Shown: positions 32,133 to 45,700 of the stretch, piece by piece
Layout: each line of letters starts with the position of its first letter
How positions within the stretch are numbered: position 1 is the stretch's first letter
Assembly (NCBI GenBank): GCA_009103225.1
Contig: RHPI01000975.1
Coordinates: 1-53,449, forward strand
DNA from: Chlorokybus atmophyticus
Taxonomy: Eukaryota; Plantae; Mesostigma and Chlorokybus algae
DNA: 53,449 bases
Reading direction: 5' to 3'
The notes under the pieces: generated by a model
What the model saw: the letters and a program-made list of their open reading frames with translations, nothing else
What the model was told of the DNA's origin: nothing
The model's database searches: none
Translations under genes and position numbers: made by a program

Positions 32133-35100
32133 TCAATGACTTCCCGCCACAGCAGCAGCCGACGCAGCAGTAGCTTGCTCGACTGTGCGTTCTGAGCGGA
32201 CTGCCCAAACGGCGCGTTGGGCGAGCGCCGCTGTGCCAGCATGCACAGGTGCCGACTCACCGGGGGCCTTCGCAGAGTTGCGGTTTGAACCGCCCCTGTT
32301 GCGACGCTCCTGTCCGCCGTTGCCAATGCGTTTGCGGGGAACGTGACCACTGTCATCCGTAGCTGCCTTGTTGGCCAACACTGTGACACCCTTGCCTACG
32401 ACACAGCGCACACCATCATGAGTGCAAACACTTAATGATTACCAACTAAGAAGTACTGGCAACCAGAGTTACAAACAGACTTGCAAGCAGTGTTGAATTC
32501 ACACGTGCTTATGTGGAAAACCATCCTTGTGACGCACTGCAAATAGCATTGTGCCATATTGCGCAAGGTAAAAAAATATCAGTATACCAGAATCAGTGCT
32601 TGATTGGGTGGCCTGCAGTGATGCCGCTTGAGGCTTGTCAGCTCCATGCGCATTGCTTTGAACAGGCCGCTGCTTCCAAGAGAAATCTCGACGCACATTG
32701 CTTGGACCATTCTGCGCTGGCCTTGCGGGTGCCGCTGTTGCTGCTGCTGCTGCTGCAGGTTCCGGAGCGGATGGAGACCTGCTGCTTGTTCCGCTCGGTG
32801 CTGCCTGCTCACTGGTTGGTGATTGCTTTGACGGCTGGCTGCTAGGTCGAGGAGGTTGCATGTCTTTGACAGACAGGGATGGAGAGGGCTCTTGTTCTGT
32901 GCGTGGTCTCTGTGCGTATGCGCCTCGGCCTCGGGGTGCATAACCTCCTCGTCCACGCCTCCTGTTCCCACCAAAAGCATCCGCATATTGTTCACCACCT
33001 TCATGTGCCTGAGTGACAACAAGTTGCGGCTGTTTGGGTTGATGTGAAGCGGCAACTGAGGGTGATTGTTGCGGTGGCGGCTGCTGCCGCTGCTGCTCCA
33101 CCTGCTGCGGCGGTGACTGTTGTGGCACTGTGGCTTGCAATGGTTGCTGCGAGGGAGGCTTTTGAGCCGGCTGCGACTTTGGAGCTGAGGACTCTGGCTT
33201 AGCCTGCTGCTGCAACTCAGGCTGTGGTGTAGCTGGCTTTGGCTGCGTCTGGGACGGTGTCGCTACCCTTGGTGACTGCCCTTGTGTTGCAACAGGCCCT
33301 GCATCAGCTTGATGGTGTGCTCGTGGGGTGTAGCGTTCCATTTCAGCGCGGCGAGGCTTGTTCTTCGCTGCCCGTTCCTGGGTATCCAACCCTGGAGGAG
33401 TTGGAATGCTGAGGCCAGGAGGAGGCTGTGGCGCAACACTCACACCCTTGCCAGGCCCCCCTGTATCAATCGAGCCTGGGTTCTGAGCTGGCTCGGGAGA
33501 TGTTGGTCCTGGTGACAACTGCGTGACGGTCGTTTGCTCTGTCACAGTTGGCTTGGGCTTGGCTACTTCTGCACTGCCGTCTGCAGTCCAACCTGCATCT
33601 CCATCCTGCCGCCGTTGCTTGCCACTTTTGCGTGGACCCTTCTTTCTGGCTCCAGTGCCTCCTAACGTAGGGGATGTTTCGGGCGTACCATCATTGGGCG
33701 CATTCTGCGGCTGCTCAAGAGATGGCTTTTGAACAGGCACGAATCGCTGCACAGGTGTGTGCCGCTGAGGCTGCTGCTGCTGTGGCCCTTGCTGGGATGG
33801 CTGTTGCAGTGGCGGCTGCTGCTGCTGCTGCTGTTGCGGCTGTGGCTGCGGAGAAGGCGGCTGCCTTTGCTGGCCTTGATGTTGGCCCTGATGTTCTTGC
33901 AATAGGTGGCGAGGTTGGTAATGCCCAAAGCCTCTGCGTTCCCGCTCCCTTTCACCTGCATCCCGACCCGGACCTCCACCGCGGCCAGTGCTGCCACCAC
34001 GATCCCTTCTTGGTCGTTGCTGCTGCTGCTGCTGCTGTGGTTGCAAATGCGGTTGCTGCTGCAAGGGCAGCAAATGGGACTGCACCTGCGGCTGCGGCGG
34101 CGGCACCTGCGGCACCTGCTGCTGCTGCTGCTGTGACACTTGCGGTTGCGGTGACTGCGGTTGTAAATGCGGCTGCAATTGCTGCTGGGGCTGCATCTGT
34201 GTTTGTGACTCATTGTTCAGCTGTGAGGTCCCTGAAGAGATGCGTTGCTGAACACTCGTTGAAGCCTGAGTATTGCTGCCAGCAGCTGTTGGGGGGACTG
34301 GCTGCGCCTGGCGAGCGTGCTGAGTGAATGCCTGTGTACGCTCGGATGGTTGTATCAGGGGAATTGACATCCCTTGTGTAAGGGGAGCCACTCTTGGTGA
34401 GGGGCGCTGAGCAACAGGTGGAGGCTGCCTTGGCGAAGGAGGAGGTGGTGGCTGCTGGGACGGTGAACGAGGTGTGCGCTGTGTAGGGGATTGAGGTGGA
34501 GGGACGTGTTGTTCAAGCTGAGGCGGCTTTGCATCATCATGCTGAGGCGTAGGTGGCTTAGCTGGCAGCACTGATTCAGTGGGCGACTGTACAGGAGGCA
34601 CTTCATCGGCTGGAGGAGGAGAGCTGCGCTGAGTCTTCTCCTGGGCTTTGCGATCTAGCTCTTCCAACTTTGCTAACGCCTTTGCCCGTTGCTCCCGTAC
34701 CCTTTCTTCTTCTTCCTTTTGAAGCTGCTGAGCACGAGCCAGTGCTTGCTGCTTCATTCGCTCCCTCTATATGACCAGCAATTAGTTTTCAGACCGGCGG
34801 CAGAGAGTACCAGGCAACAAAACTCCAATGCAATGCTGTGAACATATCAGCTGCCCAAACGCCATTCATGATGCTCTGCAACATGAAGGTGAAGGAGTGT
34901 CCTCCGTATTGCGGGACTGCAAGCAGCTTGACAAACATCTCACACTAACCTCTTCAGGTGTGGGACCAATGTCTACTTCAACCACGTGACGCTCATCCTG
35001 ATGTGTTGGTTGCGCAGCTGCCGGGCCATTACTTAAATCGCTTGGAGTGTGCCTTGAGAGGATCCGCACTGGTTCGTGCGTTTTGGGTTCTACTCGACCA

Positions 35101-37165
35101 TCAGGTCCATGATGTGGTCTCTCTTGCACCCCAACTCCAGGACGTGGAGACACACCATTGGCTGCACGAGCCTGTGGAGAGGTGTTTGGATGAAAGCCTA
35201 CATGGCGCTCGTAGGGAGACTCAGTTGAAGGGATTGACTGCTGCTGCGGAGATGACCCGGGTAGCTCTTTCTCATCGTCGAAAACAGGCGCAGAATAGTC
35301 AATGGGTTGCTCAGCGCTTTCAGAAGCCCAGTCTGTAACATGACCTAACGGAGCTCCCGGCAATTGGCTTGCAGGGGGTGCCTTGTGGAAGCTGGCAAGG
35401 TTGCCAGGGCTAGCAAGTGGTTGTGCAACATCAGGCCCAGCAGATGGCCTTGCACCAGGAGGGCCATGGCGCATAGAAGGATCATAGCCATGCATCTGGT
35501 GGTATCTGGGGTCATCATGATAGCCTGATTGTGGGGGGTAGGGACCCGATGGGCCCATGCCCAGCATTGCCATTTCCCGATCATGAAGCGCACGTGGGTC
35601 ATATTGCGGAGGGTAACCATGCGGTCGAGGGCCTGGTCCCTGTTGGTAACCATTGAATTGAGCAGGGTGTGGTGGATAAGGCCCTCCTTGCATTTGTGCT
35701 GTAGGTCGCGGGCCTGGTGGTCCCATGCGCGGACCAAAATTGTCAGGTGGCCCAGTCAAGGGTCCATGCATGCCGCCGAACCTTGGCGGACCAGAAGGGC
35801 CATGGTATTGAGGAGGGTAAGGTCCCGGTGGCATCATCTGCGGATACCTGCCTGGAACAGGCCCTTGACCTGGAAACTGTGGACCCTCTCGTCGCCACGA
35901 GTCATGATGGCCTGCATGCAGAGTTTCTTAGCGCTGACCTTGCCATGAAGATTTGGTGGTGACGACAGTGACCATGCCATTCACTCCGAGCAGCAGTAAC
36001 ACAGTACCATGGTATGGGGGACTAGACTCACGGCGCCACTGGTCAGCAGGGTGCATCTGAGGGGACCCATATTGTGGAGGCCCATCATAGCGCGCCCGGT
36101 TGTACATACGTTCCATGTCAGCACTTAATGGTCTATCCCTGTCTGCCTGTGGTCGATCTTGATCTGTTTGTGGCCGTGCCATGCCAGCCTGCTTCTCACT
36201 GCCAAGCTGTGGGAACTCCTCTGGCTTCTGCAAAACAATGCCAGTAGGGCATCAAGAACAGAGTGTGACAGTTGCCAATGGGAGACTGGCGAAAATAATT
36301 CACATGCATGGCGAATGACATGAGCCAGTCCACGGTTTGCATTCACTAGAGTTCACGAGCCAAGGACTGCCTGTGACTACCTGAAGGCGAGACTGTAGGT
36401 CTGACTCACGACGCTGTTGAAGGAGTCCAGCACCACCCCACGCAGGCGCTGCAGGTGAAGGGGCTGGGGGGCCCAGTGGCTTTGCAGGGACAGATGATGC
36501 AGGTGCGGGAGGCTCTTTGGGACCCCATGCTGATGGCGGCTGTGGGGTCTGGCCAGAACCTGGACGACTCTGGCCTGCACCTGCGAGTGGAGATGGCCCT
36601 GCACTTGATGGACGTGACCCTGAGCCCCAGGCATTTGCAGTTGCTGGCGGAGAGCCCCAACCAATGCCTCCCCTGTGCAAAACAATGTGTAAGTACCATA
36701 CATCACAAGGCAGGTGCGGCTATTGCTGGCAGCAAAACCAGAATGAAGATCAAGCTGCCACTTACTTTGGTACAATTTCAACATTTGGATCTAGACCCCT
36801 GTTCTCCAACCTGTTGCGCAAACATCAACATCAAGTCAACAGTGGCAGACAAGTCAAGTGTGTGCACTGCCATAACCTCCTGATGCCTGTGACGCAGATG
36901 GATGGCAAACCCAGATGCTATACCGTTGGCTTGGGAGGTTGATTGGTTTTGGTGCGGCAGCTGGCAGTCTGCCAAGCGACACCATACCCCGCCGAGCTGA
37001 TGCCGGCCTGCAATCAGATGTCCTTAGTCATGCGTCATGACAATCTCATATGCGTGATGCAGAATTGAAACAACGTGGCACGGAGGAACTGCCACAACGT
37101 CTGGCAGGAACATTGAGAGAAAGTGCCAGCGCAATGCATGCGTACCTGCCATCTGATCGGATCAT
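32133..37165 (-). CDS. MOS1: MODIFIER OF SNC1 1-like / BAT2 (PRRC2)-type protein, Pro/Gln-rich
   Basis: RRGMVSLGRLPAAAPKPINLPSQR|LENRGLDPNVEIVPK matches the MOS1 N-terminus; AWGSGSRPSSAG; EEFPQLG; MKQQALARAQQLQKEEEERVREQRAKALAKLEELDR. Upstream in-frame TGA fixes the ATG at 37165. Confidence 0.88.
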
Positions 37166-38051
37166 GTCTCAAATGTCCAAGGCTGTTCGCTTGCTGCAGT
37201 GGGCAGCGTCTATTGACGGTGCCTGCAAATGTACACACGGTGACAGGCTGGAGCAAAGCTCCTGAACGACACGCGACGTTACCATAGTATAAGGGACTGA
37301 ACTGTACAGTACAGATATGTATTGACCGCTGGCACTCGATCACAACTCTACTGGAAGGACAAGTTCGCTGCTGGTCAGCATAACAATCAGTACTGCGTAC
37401 GACAGCCCAAAAAACAAAACTGGCAAGCCTGGCAAATACTTGTACTCTGCCTCAAGGCCTTAACATGTTGATCTGAGCGACGACTTGCTGCAGCCAGCAA
37501 CGGGTAACAGTTTGATTGCACAATTACAGCTACAGCACCTGCTGTCGGCGTTGTGCATGATTTAGAAATGCTCTAGTCAATGTCCTAACGACTCTGTGCA
37601 GTTCGCCTGCTTTGAAACAGTGCTCGCAATTGTAAGAGGCAACAGACCGTGCCAGACCCGCAATCTCTCCAAACAGCCGCTCTCAGCTGACCGTAGGGGA
37701 AATTGCACTGCAGCCTCGACATGCAGTGAGTCACGCACCAACCAGGGCAAAGCCTTTAGCGAGCAAATGCGCATGGCAGCTGAATTGCATGAACAACTGA
37801 CCAAGGAGATGAACTATCATATCTGGATGCATTACTTTGAGATTGATCAGCGCGATTCAGCAGCTGGCAACGTACGTGGAGAGAAAGTGCTGCTTTTGGC
37901 GTGTCTTTTTTGACAATTAGCTGCTGTAGGATGGAGAATTGTGAGCCAGGGCAGGCTAAGCCTCCCACCAGCCGCACTCGCGCCACCGCCTGGCCCAACC
38001 CGCCCCAGGGCCGGCGGGCGAGAGCCCCTGGACGCAGTGCAGCACCTCGCC

Positions 38052-38241
38052 AAACCCTAGGGCGGCACGCGGCGGCACTAGCCGCCGCTCGTGCGGCCGG
38101 CTCAGCCACTGAGTAACGACCTTTTAGACCGGCCTCCTCCAACCCAACACAGCGCCCAGCCCGCCACCGCCGTCCACCACGTCAACCGCCACCCCGCCAC
38201 GGTGGACGACACCAAACCCTAGCCAGGCGCCCGAACCCTAG
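38052..38241 (+). promoter_or_regulatory. Telo-box cluster (AAACCCTA at 38052 and 38214; GAACCCTA at 38233) in the divergent MOS1/SET promoter or 5' UTR
   Basis: Exact motif matches; function inferred from plant promoters. Confidence 0.55.
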
Positions 38242-38518
38242 AAACGCTATGCGGCCACTCGCTTCCAACACCTCCGTTAATGTGGTTGCCGCGCAAGCAC
38301 CCCGAGCCACCGCATACAGACCTCGGCCAGTTACGCATTCGTCACGCAGTCATGGTGTTCAACAGCATGACGCGGCTTGCTGACAAGCAGGATTACGTTA
38401 CAAAGCGTGACGCTGACGGGCTACGGTAGCGCTGCTACCGTAGCAGCGTAGCTAGCACTGTAATCAGAGCAACTGTTTGGCGCCACTGGCGGTGTGGTCC
38501 AGCGTGTGAGGGGCGACA

Positions 38519-41500
38519 ATGGCGGCGGCGGTGGTGGCAGCGGTCCTAGTGTTGACTGCGCTGGGTGGACATGCCCATCTCAGCGCTGCTGAAGGCACAG
38601 GTCTCACTGACGAGGTAGGACAGGAGAACAGGCAGGTTGGAGCTGTACTTACTGCTTGTAATGTGTTTATGGTGGGAGCTTGCTTGATTGCTTGCTTGCA
38701 GACATTGCAACTGCTTCATCATGCTGTTGACATTGTGACAGGTGTAGAATGGCGCAATTCAGGTCGTTGATGTGCTTTCAGTAGCGTCAGTGTGCACAGC
38801 GGCAGCATGCATTGCATATACGCATGGTGCAGGACACTGTGCATGCTTGTCTTTGCGGTCTTGAGGAAGTGCTGACAGCTGCGTATGCAATGCGTTGCTA
38901 AGAATCTTTTTTGGAAGTCGTCAATGAAGAACGTGCACTGTGTGGTTACTTTCAAGGACACAACAGTCCTGCAGCCTGTGCTGTGCATGCTCATATAGGT
39001 GCTCAAGACTGAGCAGGACTTGCTTGGTCCAATCATGCCTATTGAGTCGACAACCATAGGTGATAACAGCAAACAACTTTAATGCAAAGTTAGCACAAGG
39101 CTGTGTGCCCGTTGGTTTGCAAGAACTTAATATCACGTGCATTCACTGCTTGCTTCCTTTCTCCTGGGGTTGGTCGGGGGAGGTGCTGCCTGCTCACNNN
39201 NNNNNNNNNNNNNNNNNNNNNNNNNNNNNNNNNNNNNNNNNNNNNNNNNNNNNNNNNNNNNNNNNNNNNNNNNNNNNNNNNNNNNNNNNNNNNNNNNNNN
39301 NNNNNNNNNNNNNNNNNNNNNNNNNNNNNNNNNNNNNNNNNNNNNNNNNNNNNNNNNNNNNNNNNNNNNNNNNNNNNNNNNNNNNNNNNNNNNNNNNNNN
39401 NNNNNNNNNNNNNNNNNNNNNNNNNNNNNNNNNNNNNNNNNNNNNNNNNNNNNNNNNNNNNNNNNNNNNNNNNNNNNNNNNNNNNNNNNNNNNNNNNNNN
39501 NNNNNNNNNNNNNNNNNNNNNNNNNNNNNNNNNNNNNNNNNNNNNNNNNNNNNNNNNNNNNNNNNNNNNNNNNNNNNNNNNNNNNNNNNNNNNNNNNNNN
39601 NNNNNNNNNNNNNNNNNNNNNNNNNNNNNNNNNNNNNNNNNNNNNNNNNNNNNNNNNNNNNNNNNNNNNNNNNNNNNNNNNNNNNNNNNNNNNNNNNNNN
39701 NNNNNNNNNNNNNNNNNNNNNNNNNNNNNNNNNNNNNNNNNNNNNNNNNNNNNNNNNNNNNNNNNNNNNNNNNNNNNNNNNNNNNNNNNNNNNNNNNNNN
39801 NNNNNNNNNNNNNNNNNNNNNNNNNNNNNNNNNNNNNNNNNNNNNNNNNNNNNNNNNNNNNNNNNNNNNNNNNNNNNNNNNNNNNNNNNNNNNNNNNNNN
39901 NNNNNNNNNNNNNNNNNNNNNNNNNNNNNNNNNNNNNNNNNNNNNNNGGGGGGGAGGCTCTATGAAGAGCACACACATGCAATCATGTACGCGCGCACGC
40001 ACATGCCATGTGTGCATTCATTCCCACACTGATGAAGTGGATGACTGCAGCCCGGGTCCAAGTACACGCCTTACGTGCGCTCGCTGCCAGCAACGTTGAA
40101 CCTGCCCTTGGTGTGGACGGACGCGGAGCTGGCCGAGCTGCAAGGCACTCGGCTTCTGGACTACACGCTGCAGCAGCGTGACGCTGTACGCGCCGAGTAT
40201 GACAACACTTTGAAGCCATTGGTTGAGGTGCGTCTTGATGTTGATTGGAACCTCTTAACACTGTGTTGGAAGCTCGACAAACATCAGCAAAGCCGTTCTT
40301 AGATCATGCATGACTTAAGGCAACTAGTATTTAACACAACACTACAGGGGGATCCGGCGCGGTTCCCTCCAGAAGCCTTCTCCCTTGAGGAGTTCACATG
40401 GGCCGTGGGCACCGTGTTGTCTCGCAGCTTCGTGTTCACTGTTGACGGCTCTGCGGTCCCTTTCATGGTACCTGTTGGAGATCTTTTCAACCACAACAAC
40501 GTCCGCACTGAGGTGTGGCAATCCTCACACCGACCGATATAGCAACTTATAGTGTACATGACAGAAGGTGTAGTGTAGAGCGAGTTGCACACATCAGCAG
40601 CAGCTCATTCTTTGATGCATGCAGACTGTTGCGGATGTCGACAACGGGCGCTTCACAATCCGCATGATGCAAGAAGTGCCAGCTGGCCAGCAGGTAAGAG
40701 TTTATGTGTACACTTGTGCACTGAAGGTGTATGCAACCTATCTATGGGCACACCAAGCATGGCATCACATTGGCAGCGTTGCTACCACAGCAAATGACGT
40801 TGCAATGTGTTGTACAGCAACGATTTATAACAGTCACCAATGCTAAGTTGGTACTCTGAACTGCCGCAGGTGTTTGTCAATTTAGGCGCGAAGTCAAACT
40901 TTGCCCTCATGGCAAACATGGGCTTCGCTTTGCCCGACAATGCTTTCGACTCGGTCTCCTTCGTTGTCCAGGTCACATGAGAAGCAACACGCATGTGCTT
41001 TTGTTTGTTTGTTTGCAACCTGGATCACACCTATTGACTTGTTATTACTATACATAGGTGGATGCAAAGGATCCCTTTCAACCCCTCCGCACGCACATGC
41101 TGGAGGCGTTGGGTGCACCAGCAGATGGCAGGTTCAACATCAGGTACTGGGCGCAATCGTTGGCCTTGCATGTACAGTTGTGGCATGCAGGATATTGCTG
41201 TACTATTGTTGTATGCAATGTGCACCTCTCACGCACCATGTTGGTGTGATGTGCAGGAAAGGGGACTCTTTGATGCCTCTTATGCAGGCCCTCCGCGTAC
41301 AAGTTATGAAGCCATCCGAGTTTGACAAGTTTGAAGTAGGCCACTTTGCTGAGTTGTGTAATACTCTATCTAACAACCCTGCTTGTATCCTCCCTGCACG
41401 ACACCGTGCACTCGTGCTGTGGTTGTTTTATCCCAAGAGAATAAACCTTACCAGCTTTTAAAAATCTCTTCTTGTTGTACACTCACCAGACTGTGTGCAC

Positions 41501-42092
41501 AGTTGGTGCAGCAACAAAAAGCTGTCAGCCTGGAGAACGAGCTGGAAGCCATGCGGGTGATCATCGCAGCCTGCAAGGTGACAAATGGCTCCTGCCACTC
41601 CAGCAGCATGTCTTGCACTTGTCAAACTCACACATGCGCACACGCACGCATGTACTCTTGTGTGTGCGCACACACGCTCAGGCACACTTACGAGCACGCG
41701 CCTATGAGAGCACGCATACCTGCGCGTGTGATTGAAAGCAAATGCTCACACCACACACATGGAGCAGCTCATGTGCAGTTGTTGTTGCTTTAGGCTGGGC
41801 TAGAGTCGTTTCCATCATCGCTGGCGGACGACACGGCGCTGCTGATGCGCGAGGGCGGCCTGACGAGGCGCCACGCCTTTGCGGTGCTTTACCGACGAAG
41901 CGAGAAGCTGCTTTACGCCGAGATCAGCCAGGCCATCCTCGACGCGTGGCGGGACGTCCTGCTCAAGGTATGTTTGCTGCAAAGCACGACAACACATATG
42001 TGTGTAGCTCGCTTGATGAAGTGATATATAAGCATGCTCAGGCATGGTAGTAAACTGAACTCTTGACTCTTTGTCTGCAGGGCCTCTCTTGA
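38519..42092 (+). CDS. SET-domain protein, Rubisco LSMT/SETD3-like, with a signal-peptide-like N-terminus; part of the SET N-terminal region probably lies in the gap
   Basis: MAAAVVAAVLVLTALGGHAHLSAAE; SKYTPYVRSLP...LPLVWTDAELAELQGT; FTWAVGTVLSRSF; MVPVGDLFNHN; VFVNLGAKSNFALMANMGF; C-terminal LESFPSSLADD...AVLYRRSEKLL; final exon GLS*. Confidence 0.88.
39198..39948. other. Assembly gap inside the SET gene
   Basis: N run. Confidence 0.98.
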
Positions 42093-42727
42093 ATACCTTG
42101 TCGCTTTTTAAACTCCAACAATGAATCAGGAAAGCGGTCAGTGGTAAGTTTACGACAGTAGTCTTCCAAACGCAGTAGTTTATGCAGGCTCTATCAACAA
42201 CATTATGACTGCTTGTCTTGACAGCTTTCCAACGTCTGCCAAAGTCAGCGCACTGTGCAGCTTATCAGGAGATGGTACGCTAATCTCTTGGAGGGAGCAG
42301 AGCAAATACAGCAATCAAATGTGGCAACAACCTTGGCACATCTATGCGATTGCGGCCTGCTGATGCAATCACTGAATGCAGACCATCAACATGTTAATCA
42401 ACTTAGTCATATTTGGCGGCAACACATCATTTATGGACCAACGTGTACAAGGTAACATGCTCAACCAAGCAACTTCATGCCATCCTTGAATTGTTGCCTT
42501 ATGACGAGGGTATTGGCCACATCTGCGGACAAGTTTCCGCTGCTGGACAATGTCGCGACGACAACAACAATAACAACAACGACGCTCAACTTCAGCCCGC
42601 CAACAGCACCGCGTGAATCAGTTCCCCCAACTACACCTCTACACACACGAAGCAGCTGCTATGCGAACAACCACCATATGCTACACTACTTACAATGTCA
42701 CACTGCCACACAATCACTGCTCCACCC

Positions 42728-45700
42728 TCACCCCTCCAGCGCCCGTACCATCACCGGAAACCCGTCCGCCGGTTTCTGCACGGGTAGTGAGTCTAGGTTG
42801 GCTAGCGGTCCCATCGGCGTCCACGCCACGGTCGTGACAAGTCGGTGGAGGAAGAGCTTCATCTCGAGCTTGGCGAAGGACTCGCCAATGCAGAGACGGG
42901 CGCCGGCGCCGAAGGGGATGTACGAGAAGGGGGAAGGGGGGGACTGAGAGGGGGGAAGTGGGTGGGTGGGTGGGTGGGCGAGTGAGCTGTTGTGCATGAG
43001 AGGAGTTGTGTATGCATGCATCCACGCAAAACTCTCCTCATGCGCGTGTGTGCACGCACAGGCTTCCATGCCACCCACGCGCGTATGTGCGTGCACAGGC
43101 GCACTCACATGCTTATGAGTGCATGCATAAGAATTGCCTCACTGAAAACATCTGTGGACGTATGCACACAGGCGCGCATCTCAACACAAGTGCACGCACA
43201 CATACAAAATATTCGAGTTGTTGATGTACGCATGCGAGCACACGCAGGCTCTCGGTGCTTACTTGTTCTAAGCGGTGCGGGTTGAACTTCTCAGGATCCT
43301 GGTACACCTTCTCGTCGTGATGCGTCATGACGGCACTATACTGCACCACCCAGCCCTTGGGAATGGCATAACCTGCATGTGTGACACACAAGCCATAAGA
43401 CACATGCGCACGCGCATACACGGCACATGCACACACACACGCACGTGCGCGCACACGCGCACACGTGCGCGCTTACACATAGAGAGAAGTGTCAACAACC
43501 TATCAGAGTATCATGTCAAGGTCACTTACCTTTGTACTCGGTATTGCATATGGCGAGGCGGCCCATTGCCGGCACCGGCGGCCTTATGCGAAGCGTCTCG
43601 GCTAACATGGCGTCCGTGTACGGCATCTGAGTGAGCCGTTGTTGTTCACATCTACACAAGATGTGGGTGCACACATGTGCGCCCACGCATGCCGCATGGT
43701 CTACACTCGACCTCATCAACATATGCTATTTTCTTCAATGCTGGCGCGGGTCACAATAATACTGGCAAATAGCACACACATTCTTAACAGCCATGCCATC
43801 CTTGAAGTGACTTTTTAACTTGTTTTACATTGCCCCATATCCATGCAGTCCCTGACCAGTGTTTTGCAGTCCTCAAGAGTCAGCTCATAAGAATCCTCCT
43901 TCTGCTGCTGCTTATGAGCCTTCACTCCAAGCTGCTCGGCACGCACCTTCTCGTAAACCTCCGGATACTCCGACATGTACCTGACATACACCCACATTGT
44001 AGACACAACAACAACAACAACAACAACGACGACGACGGCGAGTAGTGCATCACCTGAGTGCGCATGCAAGGGTGTTGCACGAGGTGTCGTAGCCGGCCAC
44101 GAGGACGTTTATGAGCAGGTCTTTGATGACGTTGTCCTCAAGGCCGGCACCGTCCTCATCTCTGGCTGTGAACGCAGCATACCGATCAAGTACACACGTG
44201 CGTGCGTGCGTGCATGCGTGCGTGCATGCGCATCCCCTGGTATGTTTGTGTTCGTGTGCATGCATGACAGTAAGTGAACACAACTGAGAGCGTGGGTTTC
44301 AACGCATGCACACACACCAGTCATGAGTCTGGACAACACGTCCGGTTTGGACGCCAAGTCCTCTCCCGAACTGCGCTTCTGCTTCATGATCTGCGCAAAC
44401 TCCCGCAGCAACCCCTCGCGAGCCTACGCAAGATGAACAACACACACATCACGCACAGCATGTCATGGTTTGTAATCAATAACACACACACGCGCACGCA
44501 CGCACACGGACACGGACACACCACAACATCCCACCTCCAGCGCTCTGCTGAACGCAGTTTGGATGAGAGGCAGTCTGATCGGCAGCGAGAAGAGACCCTT
44601 CACCCACGCGGGGTACAAAGCGCGCAGACGACACACAACAACTTCACTTGAAGCACCGAGGATCACCTCCGCAGCGACGTCAAACGTGAACTGGGGTGGG
44701 GTGGGTTGTCGGTGTGAGTATGGGGGCAAAAAAGGTTTGTTTGCAACACGCACCCACATGCACTCATGTGTACGTGTGCGTGTGCGCACGTACAGCATCC
44801 GCAATCGCATCGCACACGCATAAACGCACACGTACACATGTAGCTGATGCGCCAGCGCACGAGCGCACAGGCAAAAACAAGCCCACGCTTGCACACACGT
44901 GAGGGCGCGCACACAAACACAGGCACCATCAGAACATCACGCAAAGATGCCCGCAGATTGACAAGTGCGCAGTGCTTGTGGACAGACAGACAGACAAGCA
45001 CACACTCAACATGTCCCACACCTTCATGATCTCCTCGTACGCTCGCACGGTGCAGCCCGGCCGCCACTCCCGCAAGCACCGATCCGCGGCGGCGTGGATG
45101 GCGGGGGCGTATGAAGCGAGGGCCTCGTGCGTGAACGCGGCTGTAAACACAACACGTCGCATGTTGTAGCAATGATGGGTATTGGGGCAATAACGTCGTG
45201 AGGAGTGAACACTAGCACAAACGTATGCACACACGCACATTGTGTGTATACAGATGCACATTGTGCACTCACATCAAGTGCGTGCATGCGTGCGTGTGTT
45301 ATTATCATTGTTGTGTACTTGTGTGTGCACGTTGTTCGTACCTACCGAGCAGCAGTCGCTTGTTGCGTCGGTGCGTTTCTCCCCGCATCTCAAACAACGA
45401 GCCGGGACCCATCAACACTCGCCCCGCTTTCGGCAGCGCCGCAACAAACAACTGCACACAATCACACAAAGCAACAAACCATCAATCAAAGTCGTCATCA
45501 CGTGTCACCCTTGTCTGGCAGGGGGATGATACAGAGATGTGTATGTGTGTAGACACACATGTAAACTCGCACGCACGCACACGCGCACACAGATATGCAC
45601 ACATGCGCGCACACGCACACACATGCACACAGAGAAAGAGAGGCCTCCTCATACACACGCGCACGCGCACACCCGCCCACCCCACGCTCAGCCACCCACG

